Origin: a virus
Strand: one strand, 5' to 3'
DNA: 34,869 nt
Virus record (IMG/VR): IMGVR_UViG_3300045988_147840
Span: 1-34,869 of that record
Each line of letters starts with the position of its first letter. The stretch's first letter is position 1. A program made the translations under genes and the position numbers. The notes beneath the pieces were generated by a model that worked only from the letters and a program-made list of their open reading frames with translations, ran no database searches and was not told the DNA's origin. Shown here in pieces: positions 1-9,457 of the stretch.

Positions 1-119
1 ACAAGAATAGAATATATAAACGACGCCATGATGATAATTCCTTATGCTTACGACAATTTTAACATAACAGGGTTTGTGGTATTTAATCAATGGCAAGATG
101 AAGAAGAAGACAAAAAAGT
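1..119. repeat. Terminal overlap copy 1, identical to 34751..34869; the contig closes into a circle of about 34,750 bp
   Basis: Read directly: nt 1-119 equal nt 34751-34869. The portal reading frame is continuous across the junction. Confidence 0.95.
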
Positions 120-1167
120 ATATTATACACATTTAACTTATCATGAATTTAAGACAGAAAAAAGTAGAAAAAGCAAGAAATATACACAAATATATAGAAA
201 ATATAATGAATTATATAAAAGTGATGATGTAAATCAACTAGGCAAAGAAATAAGCTTTGAAACAATGTTCCCTGATGTCGAGCCATTAGTAGAATATAAT
301 ACAGATACACCACACTTCCAAATAATAAAACCACCTATTGCAAACAATTTAGATATAGAAACACCTATGGGCTTATCAATATTTGCAAATAGTATTGACA
401 AATTAAAATCTATAGACAATAAGTATGATGGATTTGACCAAGAATATACAGATTGTAGAAGAAAAATACTTATAGACAAAACAGCGTTAAAAGGAAGACC
501 ACAAGTAAATGAAGACGGAAGTATAACTACGCAATTATATTTTGATAGAAACGACAGAACTTTCGTTGCAGTTAATGGAATGGATAATCAACCAATAAAA
601 GAAATAGCATTTGATATAAGAAAAGATGACTTTGTTGATGGAATAAACGCAGAGCTTAACTGGCTAGGGGCAGGAGTAGGTTTCGGCGAAAGTTTCTATA
701 AATTTGATGATAATAAAGGAACAGCAACAGCTACTGAAATACTAAGCGAAGATGATGACGCATTTAGAACAAAACAAAATTATGAAACAATGATAAAAGA
801 TGTAATAATAGATTTAGTAAAATCAGTATGCTTCCTTGAAAATATACAAATAGACGAAAATGAAATACAGATAGAATTCGATTACTCAAGATTTGAAAAC
901 CAAGAGAAAACACAACAAAGATTAGAAAGAGAAGTGTCAAATGGAATTACATCAAAAGTAGAATACAGAATGAAAGTATACGGAGAAACTGAACAAGTTG
1001 CAAGACAAAAGATACAAGAAGCGGAAGAAGAGACACCAAGCATTGATAAGTTATTAAATAATTCAGATAATGAAGAAAACCAAAAAGAAGATAACAATAA
1101 TCAAAAAGAAAATGGAAATAAAGAACAAGAAAAAGAAAAGCAAAATAAACAACAAGAAAAAGAATAG
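1..1167 (+). CDS. Portal protein, C-terminal part; continues from 34352..34750, and the joined protein is about 521 aa
   Basis: Frame 1 is open from nt 1 (TRIEYINDAMM...), the same residues that end the window. It lies directly after terL. Size and acidic/Lys-rich tail are typical of SPP1 gp6-type portals. Confidence 0.8.
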   Translation, partial: TRIEYINDAMMIIPYAYDNFNITGFVVFNQWQDEEEDKKVYYTHLTYHEFKTEKSRKSKKYTQIYRKYNELYKSDDVNQLGKEISFETMFPDVEPLVEYNTDTPHFQIIKPPIANNLDIETPMGLSIFANSIDKLKSIDNKYDGFDQEYTDCRRKILIDKTALKGRPQVNEDGSITTQLYFDRNDRTFVAVNGMDNQPIKEIAFDIRKDDFVDGINAELNWLGAGVGFGESFYKFDDNKGTATATEILSEDDDAFRTKQNYETMIKDVIIDLVKSVCFLENIQIDENEIQIEFDYSRFENQEKTQQRLEREVSNGITSKVEYRMKVYGETEQVARQKIQEAEEETPSIDKLLNNSDNEENQKEDNNNQKENGNKEQEKEKQNKQQEKE

Positions 1168-1170
1168 TAG

Positions 1171-2394
1171 GTGTTGCTTATGCTAAACAATGACAAACAG
1201 GAAATGCTTATACAAAGATTAATAGATAGAATACAACAGTTGAACGAAGACATACTTGTTACAATAGGCGAAAGCATAAATAAACTAAGTACAATACAGC
1301 CAAATAAAATACATCAGATAAAGCAAATGCTATTGTATGGCGAAAACTTAGATAAAATAGTAAATGAAATAGCAAGAATAACTAATCTTAATGCAAAAGA
1401 TATATACGATATATTTGAGAATGAAGCTAAAATCAATCAGGACTTTGCTAAACAATTTTATAAAGCAAGAGGAATACAGTATATACCCTTTGAACAAAAT
1501 AAAGTCTTAAAAAAGCAAATAAAAGCAATAGCAGACATAACAGCAAAAGAATATGTAAACATATCAAAAACCAGCGCAATAGGTTATACAATACGAGACA
1601 ATAAAGGCAATATTGTGTTTAAAAATGTGTCTGATATATATAAAGAGGCAATAGATAAAGCAACATTAAACATAGTACAAGGCAAAACTACACAAAGTCA
1701 AGAAATACGTAATTTTATGAAACAAATAGGGCAAAGTGGACTAAAGACAGTTGATTATGAAAGTGGTAGAAGTATGAGACTAGACAGTGCATTAAGAATG
1801 AACATACAACAAGCCACTAGAGACATGACTAATAACTTACAGCAACAATTTGGAGAAGAATTTGGCGCTGATGGCGTAGAAATAAGCGTACATAGTAACC
1901 CTGCACTAGACCATTTATTTCAAGGCAGACAATTTACATTGAAAGAATATGAAAATATGCAAAGTGGTAAACCTTTTAAAGATTATCAAGGTAGACAATA
2001 TAATGCAATAGAAAGGGCTGTTGGACAATGGAATTGCTACCATTATATTTTTAATATTGTGTTAGGAGCAAATAATCCATTATATACAGAAAAACAACTA
2101 AAAGAAATTGAAGAAAAAAACCAACAAGGCTTTGAGATAGATGGCAAACATTATACAAACTATGAGGGGACGCAAATTCAAAGAGCTTTAGAACGCAAAA
2201 TAAGAGAGCAAAAAGACATACAGATATTGGCAGTAGCAAGCAAAGACAAAGAACTAATAAATACAAGTCAATTAAAAATAACTCAGTATACTAATAAATA
2301 TAGGCAATTGTGTAAAACTAGTGGACTTCCTAATCAATTAAAAACAAGAGGATTAGTAAGTGGTTATAAACGCGTAAATGTTGCAAATATATAA
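1171..2394 (+). CDS. Head morphogenesis / minor capsid protein (SPP1 gp7-like)
   Basis: 407-aa ORF immediately after the portal. It has a conserved-looking WNCYH motif near the C-terminus. Position is typical of this family. Confidence 0.6.
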   Translation: MLLMLNNDKQEMLIQRLIDRIQQLNEDILVTIGESINKLSTIQPNKIHQIKQMLLYGENLDKIVNEIARITNLNAKDIYDIFENEAKINQDFAKQFYKARGIQYIPFEQNKVLKKQIKAIADITAKEYVNISKTSAIGYTIRDNKGNIVFKNVSDIYKEAIDKATLNIVQGKTTQSQEIRNFMKQIGQSGLKTVDYESGRSMRLDSALRMNIQQATRDMTNNLQQQFGEEFGADGVEISVHSNPALDHLFQGRQFTLKEYENMQSGKPFKDYQGRQYNAIERAVGQWNCYHYIFNIVLGANNPLYTEKQLKEIEEKNQQGFEIDGKHYTNYEGTQIQRALERKIREQKDIQILAVASKDKELINTSQLKITQYTNKYRQLCKTSGLPNQLKTRGLVSGYKRVNVANI

Positions 2395-2409
2395 TGTTTA
2401 TGTTATAAT
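2381..2409 (+). promoter_or_regulatory. SigmaA-type promoter TTGCAA-17-TATAAT with TG extension, driving the Com-like gene
   Basis: TTGCAA at 2381-2386, 17-nt spacer ending in TGt, TATAAT at 2404-2409. Confidence 0.6.
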
Positions 2410-2425
2410 ATAAGTGAGGTAGCAG

Positions 2426-2560
2426 ATGAAGGAATACCGTTGTAAAAAATGCAATAAATTATTATTTAAAGGCAAATTCTTAGGAATAATAGAAATATTA
2501 TGCAATAGATGCAAACAAGTAAATAAAATAGAAGAACACCAAGAGTGTCAAAGTAAATAA
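2426..2560 (+). CDS. Com-family zinc-ribbon protein (Mu Com-like), 44 aa; absent from the ORF track
   Basis: MKEYRCKKCNKLLFKGKFLGIIEILCNRCKQVNK... closely follows the Mu Com pattern (RCxxCNKLLFK...IEIxCxRCK). GAGG RBS upstream. It has its own promoter and terminator. Confidence 0.75.
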   Translation: MKEYRCKKCNKLLFKGKFLGIIEILCNRCKQVNKIEEHQECQSK

Positions 2561-2578
2561 CTTTGGCACTTTTATTTT
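2545..2578 (+). terminator. Rho-independent terminator after the Com-like gene
   Basis: GTGTCAAAG / CTTTGGCAC stem (one G-U pair), 7-nt loop containing the stop codon, then TTTTATTTT. Confidence 0.7.
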
Positions 2579-2671
2579 GTTATTAAATTTATTTAATATA
2601 AATTGTCTAACTTGCCGACATAAAATGTAAGGATAAAGTCCAACTTTACGACTTTAAAGAAAGGAGAAAAA

Positions 2672-3190
2672 ATGGAACAAGAAAAAATAAATACGCAAAA
2701 TGGTGAACAGGTAGAAACTGAAACTACTACTACTGAACAAGTAGAAAACAACAGTGAAAAAACATTTACTCAAGCAGAAGTAGATGAAATTGTTAAAACT
2801 AGACTTGCAAAAGAGAAAAAAGGTATACCAAGCAAGGAAGAATTAACAAAATACAATGAATGGAAAGAAAGCCAAAGAACTCAAGAAGATAAGTACAATG
2901 ATTTAGTAAAAGAAAATGGAGAAAAAAGTGACAAAATTGCAAATTTGGAAAAAGAGAACAAAGTCCTTAGAGCTGGTATTACAGACCAAGACGAAATTGA
3001 ATTTATTGTTTATAAAGTAAACAAAATGGAAGGAGATTTCGAAGAGAACTTAAAAAACTATTTGGCTAACTCAAAATTTGTTGAAAGAGACGAAAAAGCA
3101 ACAGGAATTGAAAATAAATCAAATAATGTTGCAAAAGATGATGGGGTAATGGCAATATTAAAAGCTAAGCACCCAGACATTGATTTTTAA
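2672..3190 (+). CDS. Scaffolding protein
   Basis: 172-aa acidic coiled-coil ORF with a GGAG RBS, directly upstream of the major capsid gene. Confidence 0.7.
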   Translation: MEQEKINTQNGEQVETETTTTEQVENNSEKTFTQAEVDEIVKTRLAKEKKGIPSKEELTKYNEWKESQRTQEDKYNDLVKENGEKSDKIANLEKENKVLRAGITDQDEIEFIVYKVNKMEGDFEENLKNYLANSKFVERDEKATGIENKSNNVAKDDGVMAILKAKHPDIDF

Positions 3191-3205
3191 AGGAGGAAAT
3201 TAAAA

Positions 3206-4054
3206 ATGGCAAACGCAATAGCAAAAAATGGAACTCATAAAAGACAAGAAAGATATGCTGACACAATTGTTAAGCTTATGAGACAACAATTTAATATTAG
3301 AAATGAATTTAGCAGAGATTATGAAGGAAATCCGGTATCTGGAGCAGTACAAGTACCAACAAGAAATGGAGACATCACATTATCTGATTATGATGTTAAA
3401 AATGGTATAGAACTAACACAATCTGCAACAGATTATCTACAAATTTTAGTAGATGGACATAAAGCATTTAGTGAATTAGTAGATGGATACGAAGCAGAAG
3501 CAGTACCAGATAATTTAAGAGCGCAAAGACTTGAAAGTGCTGCTTATGTTACAGGAAAAGCATTAGAAGAAAGCGCAATCAATGCTCTAGTAACAGGAGG
3601 AACAGCATCAGCTGATACAACAGCAATGACAGAGGCTAACGTATACAAAAAAATTGCTACATTAGTTAAAAATTTAAAAGCAAGAGGAATTGCAACAAAC
3701 GACTTAAGAATAGCAGTAGACGCAGACACTGAATTGCTACTATTAACAGATGAAAAATTTGCAAATACAGCTGGTACACTAGGAGCAGAACTAGTAAGAG
3801 ATGGTGTAATTGGAAAAATAAATGGCGTACAAGTAAAACCTAACTATTTATTGCCATCAAACGTTGAATGCATAGTATATGCAAAACCATGGTGTCAAGC
3901 AATTGATGAATGGAAAATAGAACCATCATTTAAAGATATTGCTGATGGAAAACATGTTGGAGCATCTGCATTACAAGGTAGAATGGTATACAAAGATGTT
4001 GTAACAAACGCTTTAGCAGTAGAAGTTAAGAAAAGAAATGCTGCAAGCTTATAA
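3206..4054 (+). CDS. Major capsid protein
   Basis: 282-aa ORF with an AGGAGG RBS, after the scaffold. Ala/Gly/Thr-rich composition typical of capsid proteins of Firmicutes siphophages. Confidence 0.8.
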   Translation: MANAIAKNGTHKRQERYADTIVKLMRQQFNIRNEFSRDYEGNPVSGAVQVPTRNGDITLSDYDVKNGIELTQSATDYLQILVDGHKAFSELVDGYEAEAVPDNLRAQRLESAAYVTGKALEESAINALVTGGTASADTTAMTEANVYKKIATLVKNLKARGIATNDLRIAVDADTELLLLTDEKFANTAGTLGAELVRDGVIGKINGVQVKPNYLLPSNVECIVYAKPWCQAIDEWKIEPSFKDIADGKHVGASALQGRMVYKDVVTNALAVEVKKRNAASL

Positions 4055-4075
4055 TTAAGAAGGAGGGCATTTTAA

Positions 4076-4462
4076 ATGGAGTTTGAAGGACAATATTTAA
4101 CCTATACTGAATACAAGAGTTTAGGTGGAACTCTAGGCGAAATGCCTTTTAATTTATTAGAATATAATGCTAGAAAAGAAATTGATTCAAGGACACAAAA
4201 CAGACTGCAAGGAATAGGCAACAACTATAATGAAGTTAAATTGTGCGTGTATAACTTAATTACTACATTAGGCAGTTATGAAAGCTATACAACACAAAAT
4301 AAAGCAGTAGCAAGCGAAAGCATTGATGGTTATTCAGTTAATTATGCTGGGGCAAGTACAGAAGTATCAACAGTAAAAAATAAAGAAGTAGAAGATGTTA
4401 TAAGTAAGGATTTATTTGGACTAATAGTCGACGGACAGCACGTATTATATTTAGGAATATAA
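4076..4462 (+). CDS. Head-tail connector/adaptor protein (putative)
   Basis: 128-aa ORF, AAGGAGG RBS, first gene after the capsid gene. Confidence 0.5.
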   Translation: MEFEGQYLTYTEYKSLGGTLGEMPFNLLEYNARKEIDSRTQNRLQGIGNNYNEVKLCVYNLITTLGSYESYTTQNKAVASESIDGYSVNYAGASTEVSTVKNKEVEDVISKDLFGLIVDGQHVLYLGI

Positions 4463-4482
4463 TTATATGGAGGACTAAGGCT

Positions 4483-4827
4483 ATGACAACTAATAGTGAA
4501 GTTACAATTTATCATAAAACGGTAGTTGATAGAAAAGATAAATGGGTAAGATATAATTATAAAAATGCGTGGGTGTTTGGAGGCAAAGGCTCTGGAATAA
4601 ATAAAGGTTATGAAAACGCAAACGATGTTAATGTAAGGATACCTTATGAAACAAACGAGAATTTGAATATATCCAATTTTAGTATTGGAGATATAGTTTG
4701 CAGGGGTAACATACAAAAAGATATTACAAGTCAATCCGAACTAAATGGAATAGAGTTTTATAATATAACATCAATTACAAACAATACATTTGGGGAAAAT
4801 AAGCATATTCATTTAGGAGGCAAATAG
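4483..4827 (+). CDS. Head closure / minor capsid-type protein (putative)
   Basis: 114-aa ORF in the connector block, GGAGGA RBS. Confidence 0.4.
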   Translation: MTTNSEVTIYHKTVVDRKDKWVRYNYKNAWVFGGKGSGINKGYENANDVNVRIPYETNENLNISNFSIGDIVCRGNIQKDITSQSELNGIEFYNITSITNNTFGENKHIHLGGK

Positions 4828-4828
4828 T

Positions 4829-5161
4829 ATGGGACTAAAGCCAATAAGTGAAATAAAAGCTAATTTAGGAATAGAACCAAATGGAAGAACACAAAAATTT
4901 TTTACTAATACTTGTTATAGACATATGGACAAATATGTTCCAAAAGATACGGGGAACCTAAGAACAATAGTAAATATTGAAGCAGATAGCATAACATATG
5001 AAAGCCCTTACGCACACGCTCAATATATAGGCGAAGTAAATGGTGGCCAAGTTAAAAATTACACGACACCTGGTACTGGACCTTATTGGGATAAAAGAAT
5101 GGTAAGTGCTGAAATGCAAGATGTTGTTAGGGAAGTACAAGCATATATTGGAGGAGAATAA
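4829..5161 (+). CDS. HK97 gp10-like head-tail joining protein
   Basis: 110 aa. The DTGNLR motif and PGTGPYWDKRM region resemble the gp10 / minor-capsid family. Tightly coupled to its neighbours. Confidence 0.55.
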   Translation: MGLKPISEIKANLGIEPNGRTQKFFTNTCYRHMDKYVPKDTGNLRTIVNIEADSITYESPYAHAQYIGEVNGGQVKNYTTPGTGPYWDKRMVSAEMQDVVREVQAYIGGE

Positions 5162-5595
5162 TGGCTATTGAAATTGAAAATAAAAGAATAACTAAATTAG
5201 GCGAATATTTGGAAAATATACTAAATGATTTAAATAATAAGTATAAAAAAATAAATGCTGATTTTTTAGATATTGGAGTGAATAATTATTCTCTAGATAA
5301 AATACCTACTGCAAGTACAGTTTATAAAACTATAATTGGTACAAGAATATGTCGTGATGTATATTCATTTAGAAGCAGAAATACTTATTCAAGTGATAGA
5401 ATCAACAATTTAAAAAATATCGGTTTTTTTGAAGAATTTGAAAGCATTATAAAATCTAATGATGACAAGGGCGTTTGGCCTGAAATAAAAGGAATACAGA
5501 GTATAGAATGTCTAAATTGCGGTACAGTGTCTGTTGCAAACACCAATACTTGTGAAATGGACATACAAATACAAATTGAATATAAGGAGGATTAA
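5161..5595 (+). CDS. Tail completion/terminator protein (putative)
   Basis: 144 aa. Start overlaps the previous stop (TAATG). Position is before the major tail gene. Confidence 0.4.
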   Translation: MAIEIENKRITKLGEYLENILNDLNNKYKKINADFLDIGVNNYSLDKIPTASTVYKTIIGTRICRDVYSFRSRNTYSSDRINNLKNIGFFEEFESIIKSNDDKGVWPEIKGIQSIECLNCGTVSVANTNTCEMDIQIQIEYKED

Positions 5596-5596
5596 A

Positions 5597-5800
5597 ATGA
5601 AACTAATAGCTAATAAAAATTTCACTCATAATGGAAATTATTACTTCAAAGATGATGAAATAGAACTTGAAAAAATAAAATATGAAGATATAGTCAGAAT
5701 GAATGAAAATGGTTTTATTAAACCTCTATGTTTAAAAGAATTAGTTCAAGTAAAAAAAGAACTAGAACAACCAAAATTTTTTAAAAAAGAGGAGGAATAA
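5597..5800 (+). CDS. Hypothetical small structural-module protein (67 aa)
   Basis: AAGGAGG at 5584-5590 followed by ATG 5597. The ORF-track start at 5534 lies inside the previous gene. Confidence 0.5.
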   Translation: MKLIANKNFTHNGNYYFKDDEIELEKIKYEDIVRMNENGFIKPLCLKELVQVKKELEQPKFFKKEEE

Positions 5801-5803
5801 AAA

Positions 5804-6283
5804 ATGGCACAATATAAAAGAAAAGATTTTGCACATTATTTTAATACCGCCGCTTCAGGTAGTGAAGTAGATTGGGAAATAGAAGGTATAGGCGTTGAAG
5901 CTTTATCACTTACATATAATCCACAAATAGATACATTTAAGCAAATAATAGATGATGTAGCAAATTCAACTTTTGATAGCTACCAAATTCAATCTAGTGT
6001 TTCAGGAAAAAGAATTGAAAGCACAGACCCAATTTGGAGTTGGTTAAATCAAGCAAGATTAAATGCCGAATGTATAGAAACACAAATGCTAGAAATAGAT
6101 ATGAAGTCAGATGCAAAAACTACAGGAACATATACTGCATTAAAATATAATGTATTAATTGTAATTAACGAATTTTTAGGAGAAAATGCAACAATTTCAT
6201 ATGATTTATATGTAAAAGGCAAACCTACAAAAGGTACAGCTACAATTGCTTCTGGGAAACCAGAATTTACAGAAGCTGGATAG
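5804..6283 (+). CDS. Major tail (tube) protein
   Basis: 159 aa, GAGGAGGA RBS, followed by a strong terminator. Position is before the chaperones and tape measure. Confidence 0.65.
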   Translation: MAQYKRKDFAHYFNTAASGSEVDWEIEGIGVEALSLTYNPQIDTFKQIIDDVANSTFDSYQIQSSVSGKRIESTDPIWSWLNQARLNAECIETQMLEIDMKSDAKTTGTYTALKYNVLIVINEFLGENATISYDLYVKGKPTKGTATIASGKPEFTEAG

Positions 6284-6290
6284 CAATATA

Positions 6291-6326
6291 AGGGATTGGG
6301 CAATAAAAGTTCAATCCCTATTTTTT
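6291..6326 (+). terminator. Rho-independent terminator after the major tail gene
   Basis: AGGGATTG (6291-6298) / CAATCCCT (6312-6319) followed by a T run. Confidence 0.75.
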
Positions 6327-6339
6327 AAGGAGAGATAAA

Positions 6340-6813
6340 ATGGAAAGTATACAATTAAAAAATGATAACTTATTCAAAATAGGTATTAAGAACAATGAAG
6401 GTCAAGATACAGGAGAAGTTATAACAATTGATATGGAAGATATAGAATTACCTTTAAAATTACAAGAATGTGAAACTAAAATAAAACAAAACGAAATGTG
6501 GCTTGGCATACAAAAAAAACAAATAGAGAGTAGACCTGATAAAAAAGGCAAAAAACTTTTGAGTGCGAATCAAGAATCTTTAATAAAATTACTAAATGAA
6601 TTTTATGCAAGACAAACAAAAGCATGGGAAATATTTTTAGGAGATGGAGCAATTTCAAAAATATTGTGTGGCAGAAAACCTTATTATACGATGTTTGCCG
6701 AATTAAATGAACAATTAATGCCATTAATGCCAAAAATTAAAGAAAATTGTAAATCAATACAAGAAAAAATAAAAACAAAATATATGAAAAAAGAAACAGA
6801 TGTGATGGAATAA
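6340..6813 (+). CDS. Tail assembly chaperone (putative)
   Basis: 157 aa, AGGAGAG RBS, located between the tube gene and the tape measure. Confidence 0.5.
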   Translation: MESIQLKNDNLFKIGIKNNEGQDTGEVITIDMEDIELPLKLQECETKIKQNEMWLGIQKKQIESRPDKKGKKLLSANQESLIKLLNEFYARQTKAWEIFLGDGAISKILCGRKPYYTMFAELNEQLMPLMPKIKENCKSIQEKIKTKYMKKETDVME

Positions 6814-7427
6814 TGGATAATCCACAATATGTAAAAATAAAAAATAAAAAATACAAAATCAATTCAGATTTTAGGGTAGCTTTAGAATGTGACAAAATTG
6901 CCAGAAATAACAAAATAGGTGATACTGAACGAGCATTAGCAATAATTTATAAGCTATTTGGAGACGATGGCCTTAATTCAAACGAGGATTGGACAGAATT
7001 AATTAAACTAGCTCAAAGATATCTTTTATTAGATAAAGGTGAAAACTCTTTTAAAATTGAAAATAAAAAGCCTGATTTTGACTACGAAAAAGATAAACCA
7101 TATATTCGCACAAGTTTTATACAAGATTACGGATATAATCCCTATGAAAAGGAATATTTACACTGGTGGGATTTTTGGAACGACTTGAATGGCCTTTCAA
7201 ATAGTGAATTTGGTAATTGCTGTATATTAAATAGGGTTAGGAATTTAAGAAATTATGATTTAAGTAAAATAAAAGACCCTAAAGAACTTTCAAAAATTAT
7301 AGAAATGCAAAAAATGGTTGCGTTAGATTTAGATGATACTCAAGAAGAAAATAAATATACAAAAGAAGAACAAGAAAGTATAAATAATTTTTATAGACAA
7401 GCAGGTATAAAAAGAGAGGAGGAATAA
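6813..7427 (+). CDS. Phage Gp15-family protein (second tail chaperone)
   Basis: 204 aa. The N-terminus (YKINSDFRVALECDKI...ERALAIIYKLFG) resembles the Gp15 family that precedes tape measure genes. TAATG overlap with the upstream gene. Confidence 0.55.
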   Translation: MDNPQYVKIKNKKYKINSDFRVALECDKIARNNKIGDTERALAIIYKLFGDDGLNSNEDWTELIKLAQRYLLLDKGENSFKIENKKPDFDYEKDKPYIRTSFIQDYGYNPYEKEYLHWWDFWNDLNGLSNSEFGNCCILNRVRNLRNYDLSKIKDPKELSKIIEMQKMVALDLDDTQEENKYTKEEQESINNFYRQAGIKREEE

Positions 7428-7430
7428 CTC

Positions 7431-9443
7431 GTGGCTGATGGTTGGATTACAATAGGTACAAAAATAGATAATGATAAATTTGATAAACAATTAAGAGACA
7501 TAGACAAAAAAATTGCTAATGAAGAAAAAAATACTAAATTAAAACTAGAAGCCAAAATAGAAGCTGAAAATGAATTAAAAAGGCAGCAAGAATTAGTATT
7601 TCAATTAGAAAAACAATACGCTAAGGCAGCAGAGCAAGCAGAAAAATTACAAAACATAATGTCTAAAAAACAGCAAGGAGTATCTTTGACACCACAAGAA
7701 TTCATGGATTTATCAGGCTATGAAGAAGTAATAAAAAATGAAGAAAAAATAGGTTCTCAACTTGATAAAATGTATGATAAACAATCTAAATTAAATAATT
7801 CAGTAAAAAAAACAACTCAGTCTTATGAAAATTCCAAAAATAAAGTTTCTGAATTGAAAGATAAAGCAGAAAGTATAAATCTAAAAAAACAACAAAAACA
7901 AGTAGAAAATTTTCAAAAAAACATGGCTAATGTTGGAAAAAATACTGGAAATGCAATAAAATCTATTGGAAGATTAGCAATAGGAGTGTTAAGTGTTGCT
8001 AGTGCATACAGTTTGCTAAAATCTGCTTCTAGTACATTAGGTCAGTATGACGAACAATATGCTACCAATTTAGAATATATAAGATATTTACTAGCAGAAA
8101 CATTAGCACCAGCTTTAAAATATTTAGTTAATTTAGCAGGTACATTATTGAGCTATTTAAATTATATACTCAATGCGTGGTTTGGTATAACATTATTTAG
8201 TAAAAACAGTGCTAAAAACTTTTCAAACGCTCAAAAAAGTACTTCAAAAATGAAACAAGATTTACAAACAGCAGGATTTGATGAAATGCAAATTTTGAGT
8301 GATACTTCAACATCAGATGGAGGTGGAGGAGTAGCACCATCTATTGACCCTACTTCAATACAAGGAGAAATACCAGAATGGCTACAATGGATAGTAGATA
8401 ACAAAGATTTAATACTATCAGTAATGGCTGGAATTGTAGCAGCATTGGTCGCATGGAAATTAGGACTTGATGCAATAACATCATTAGGAATAGGAACAAT
8501 GATTGCAGGAGTAATTAAAACGGTACAATCATTATTGGATTACTTGGAAGACCCTAGTTGGGAAAATTTTGGAAAAATAATTCAAGGAATAGGAATATTT
8601 GTTATAGGATTAGGAGTAGCTTTTCTTGGATTGCCAGGTATAATAACAGGCGTAGCTATATTAATATTAGGAATAATAGTACAATATTGGAATGAAATAA
8701 AATCATTTTTACAAAAAGGAATAGATTGGCTGTCAAGCAAAAGCGACTGGGTCCACGAAATGTTTGGAGATACAATTGGGGAAATATATGACACGGTTGT
8801 AGCAAACATACAACTAGTGTTAGATTGGTTTGATAGTCTATTTAAAAATGTAAAAATCATATTTGATAATATAGTACAATTTATTCAAAATGTATTTGCA
8901 GGAAATTGGAAAGCAGCATGGGAAAACGTAAAAAATATATTTGCAGCTATTTGGGATCATATGGTAAAAACTGCAAGCACCTTTTTTGGTATGATATGGA
9001 ATAATGCAAAAGCTATTGTTGTTACCATTGGAAATGGAATAGTAAATATTTTTAAATCAGTAGTAAATGCTGTGTTATGGACTATAGAACAAGTTTTGAA
9101 TGGCCCAATTAGAACAGTAAATGGCCTTGTAGGAATTATAAATAAACTTCCTGGGGTAAGTATGCCATATTTATCAGAATTTCATTTACCTAGACTTAAA
9201 GTTGGTGGTATTATAAATATGCCTGGACGTGGTGTACCAGTAGGAGGTCAAGCTATAGGAGGAGAAGCTGGAAGGGAAGGCGTAATACCTTTAACAGATA
9301 GTCAAGCTATGGAAACGCTAGGAGAAGCAATAGGAAGATACATAACAATAAATGCTAATATAGTAAATACTATGAATGGAAGAGTTATTTCAAGACAATT
9401 ACAACAAGTTAAGAATTCTAGTGATTTTGCATACAATACATAG
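7431..9443 (+). CDS. Tape measure protein
   Basis: 670 aa, GTG start after GGAGGA. N-terminal coiled coil, central hydrophobic/Gly-rich helices. Canonical position. Confidence 0.85.
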   Translation: MADGWITIGTKIDNDKFDKQLRDIDKKIANEEKNTKLKLEAKIEAENELKRQQELVFQLEKQYAKAAEQAEKLQNIMSKKQQGVSLTPQEFMDLSGYEEVIKNEEKIGSQLDKMYDKQSKLNNSVKKTTQSYENSKNKVSELKDKAESINLKKQQKQVENFQKNMANVGKNTGNAIKSIGRLAIGVLSVASAYSLLKSASSTLGQYDEQYATNLEYIRYLLAETLAPALKYLVNLAGTLLSYLNYILNAWFGITLFSKNSAKNFSNAQKSTSKMKQDLQTAGFDEMQILSDTSTSDGGGGVAPSIDPTSIQGEIPEWLQWIVDNKDLILSVMAGIVAALVAWKLGLDAITSLGIGTMIAGVIKTVQSLLDYLEDPSWENFGKIIQGIGIFVIGLGVAFLGLPGIITGVAILILGIIVQYWNEIKSFLQKGIDWLSSKSDWVHEMFGDTIGEIYDTVVANIQLVLDWFDSLFKNVKIIFDNIVQFIQNVFAGNWKAAWENVKNIFAAIWDHMVKTASTFFGMIWNNAKAIVVTIGNGIVNIFKSVVNAVLWTIEQVLNGPIRTVNGLVGIINKLPGVSMPYLSEFHLPRLKVGGIINMPGRGVPVGGQAIGGEAGREGVIPLTDSQAMETLGEAIGRYITINANIVNTMNGRVISRQLQQVKNSSDFAYNT

Positions 9444-9457
9444 AAAGGAGCATATAA

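Noticed and set aside
6340-7427. A canonical G/GT-type programmed -1 frameshift between the two tail chaperone ORFs.
   Set aside because: The second ORF has its own ATG overlapping the first stop (TAATG). I saw no slippery heptamer near the end of the first ORF. The arrangement looks like two coupled genes, though a shift cannot be excluded without a search.
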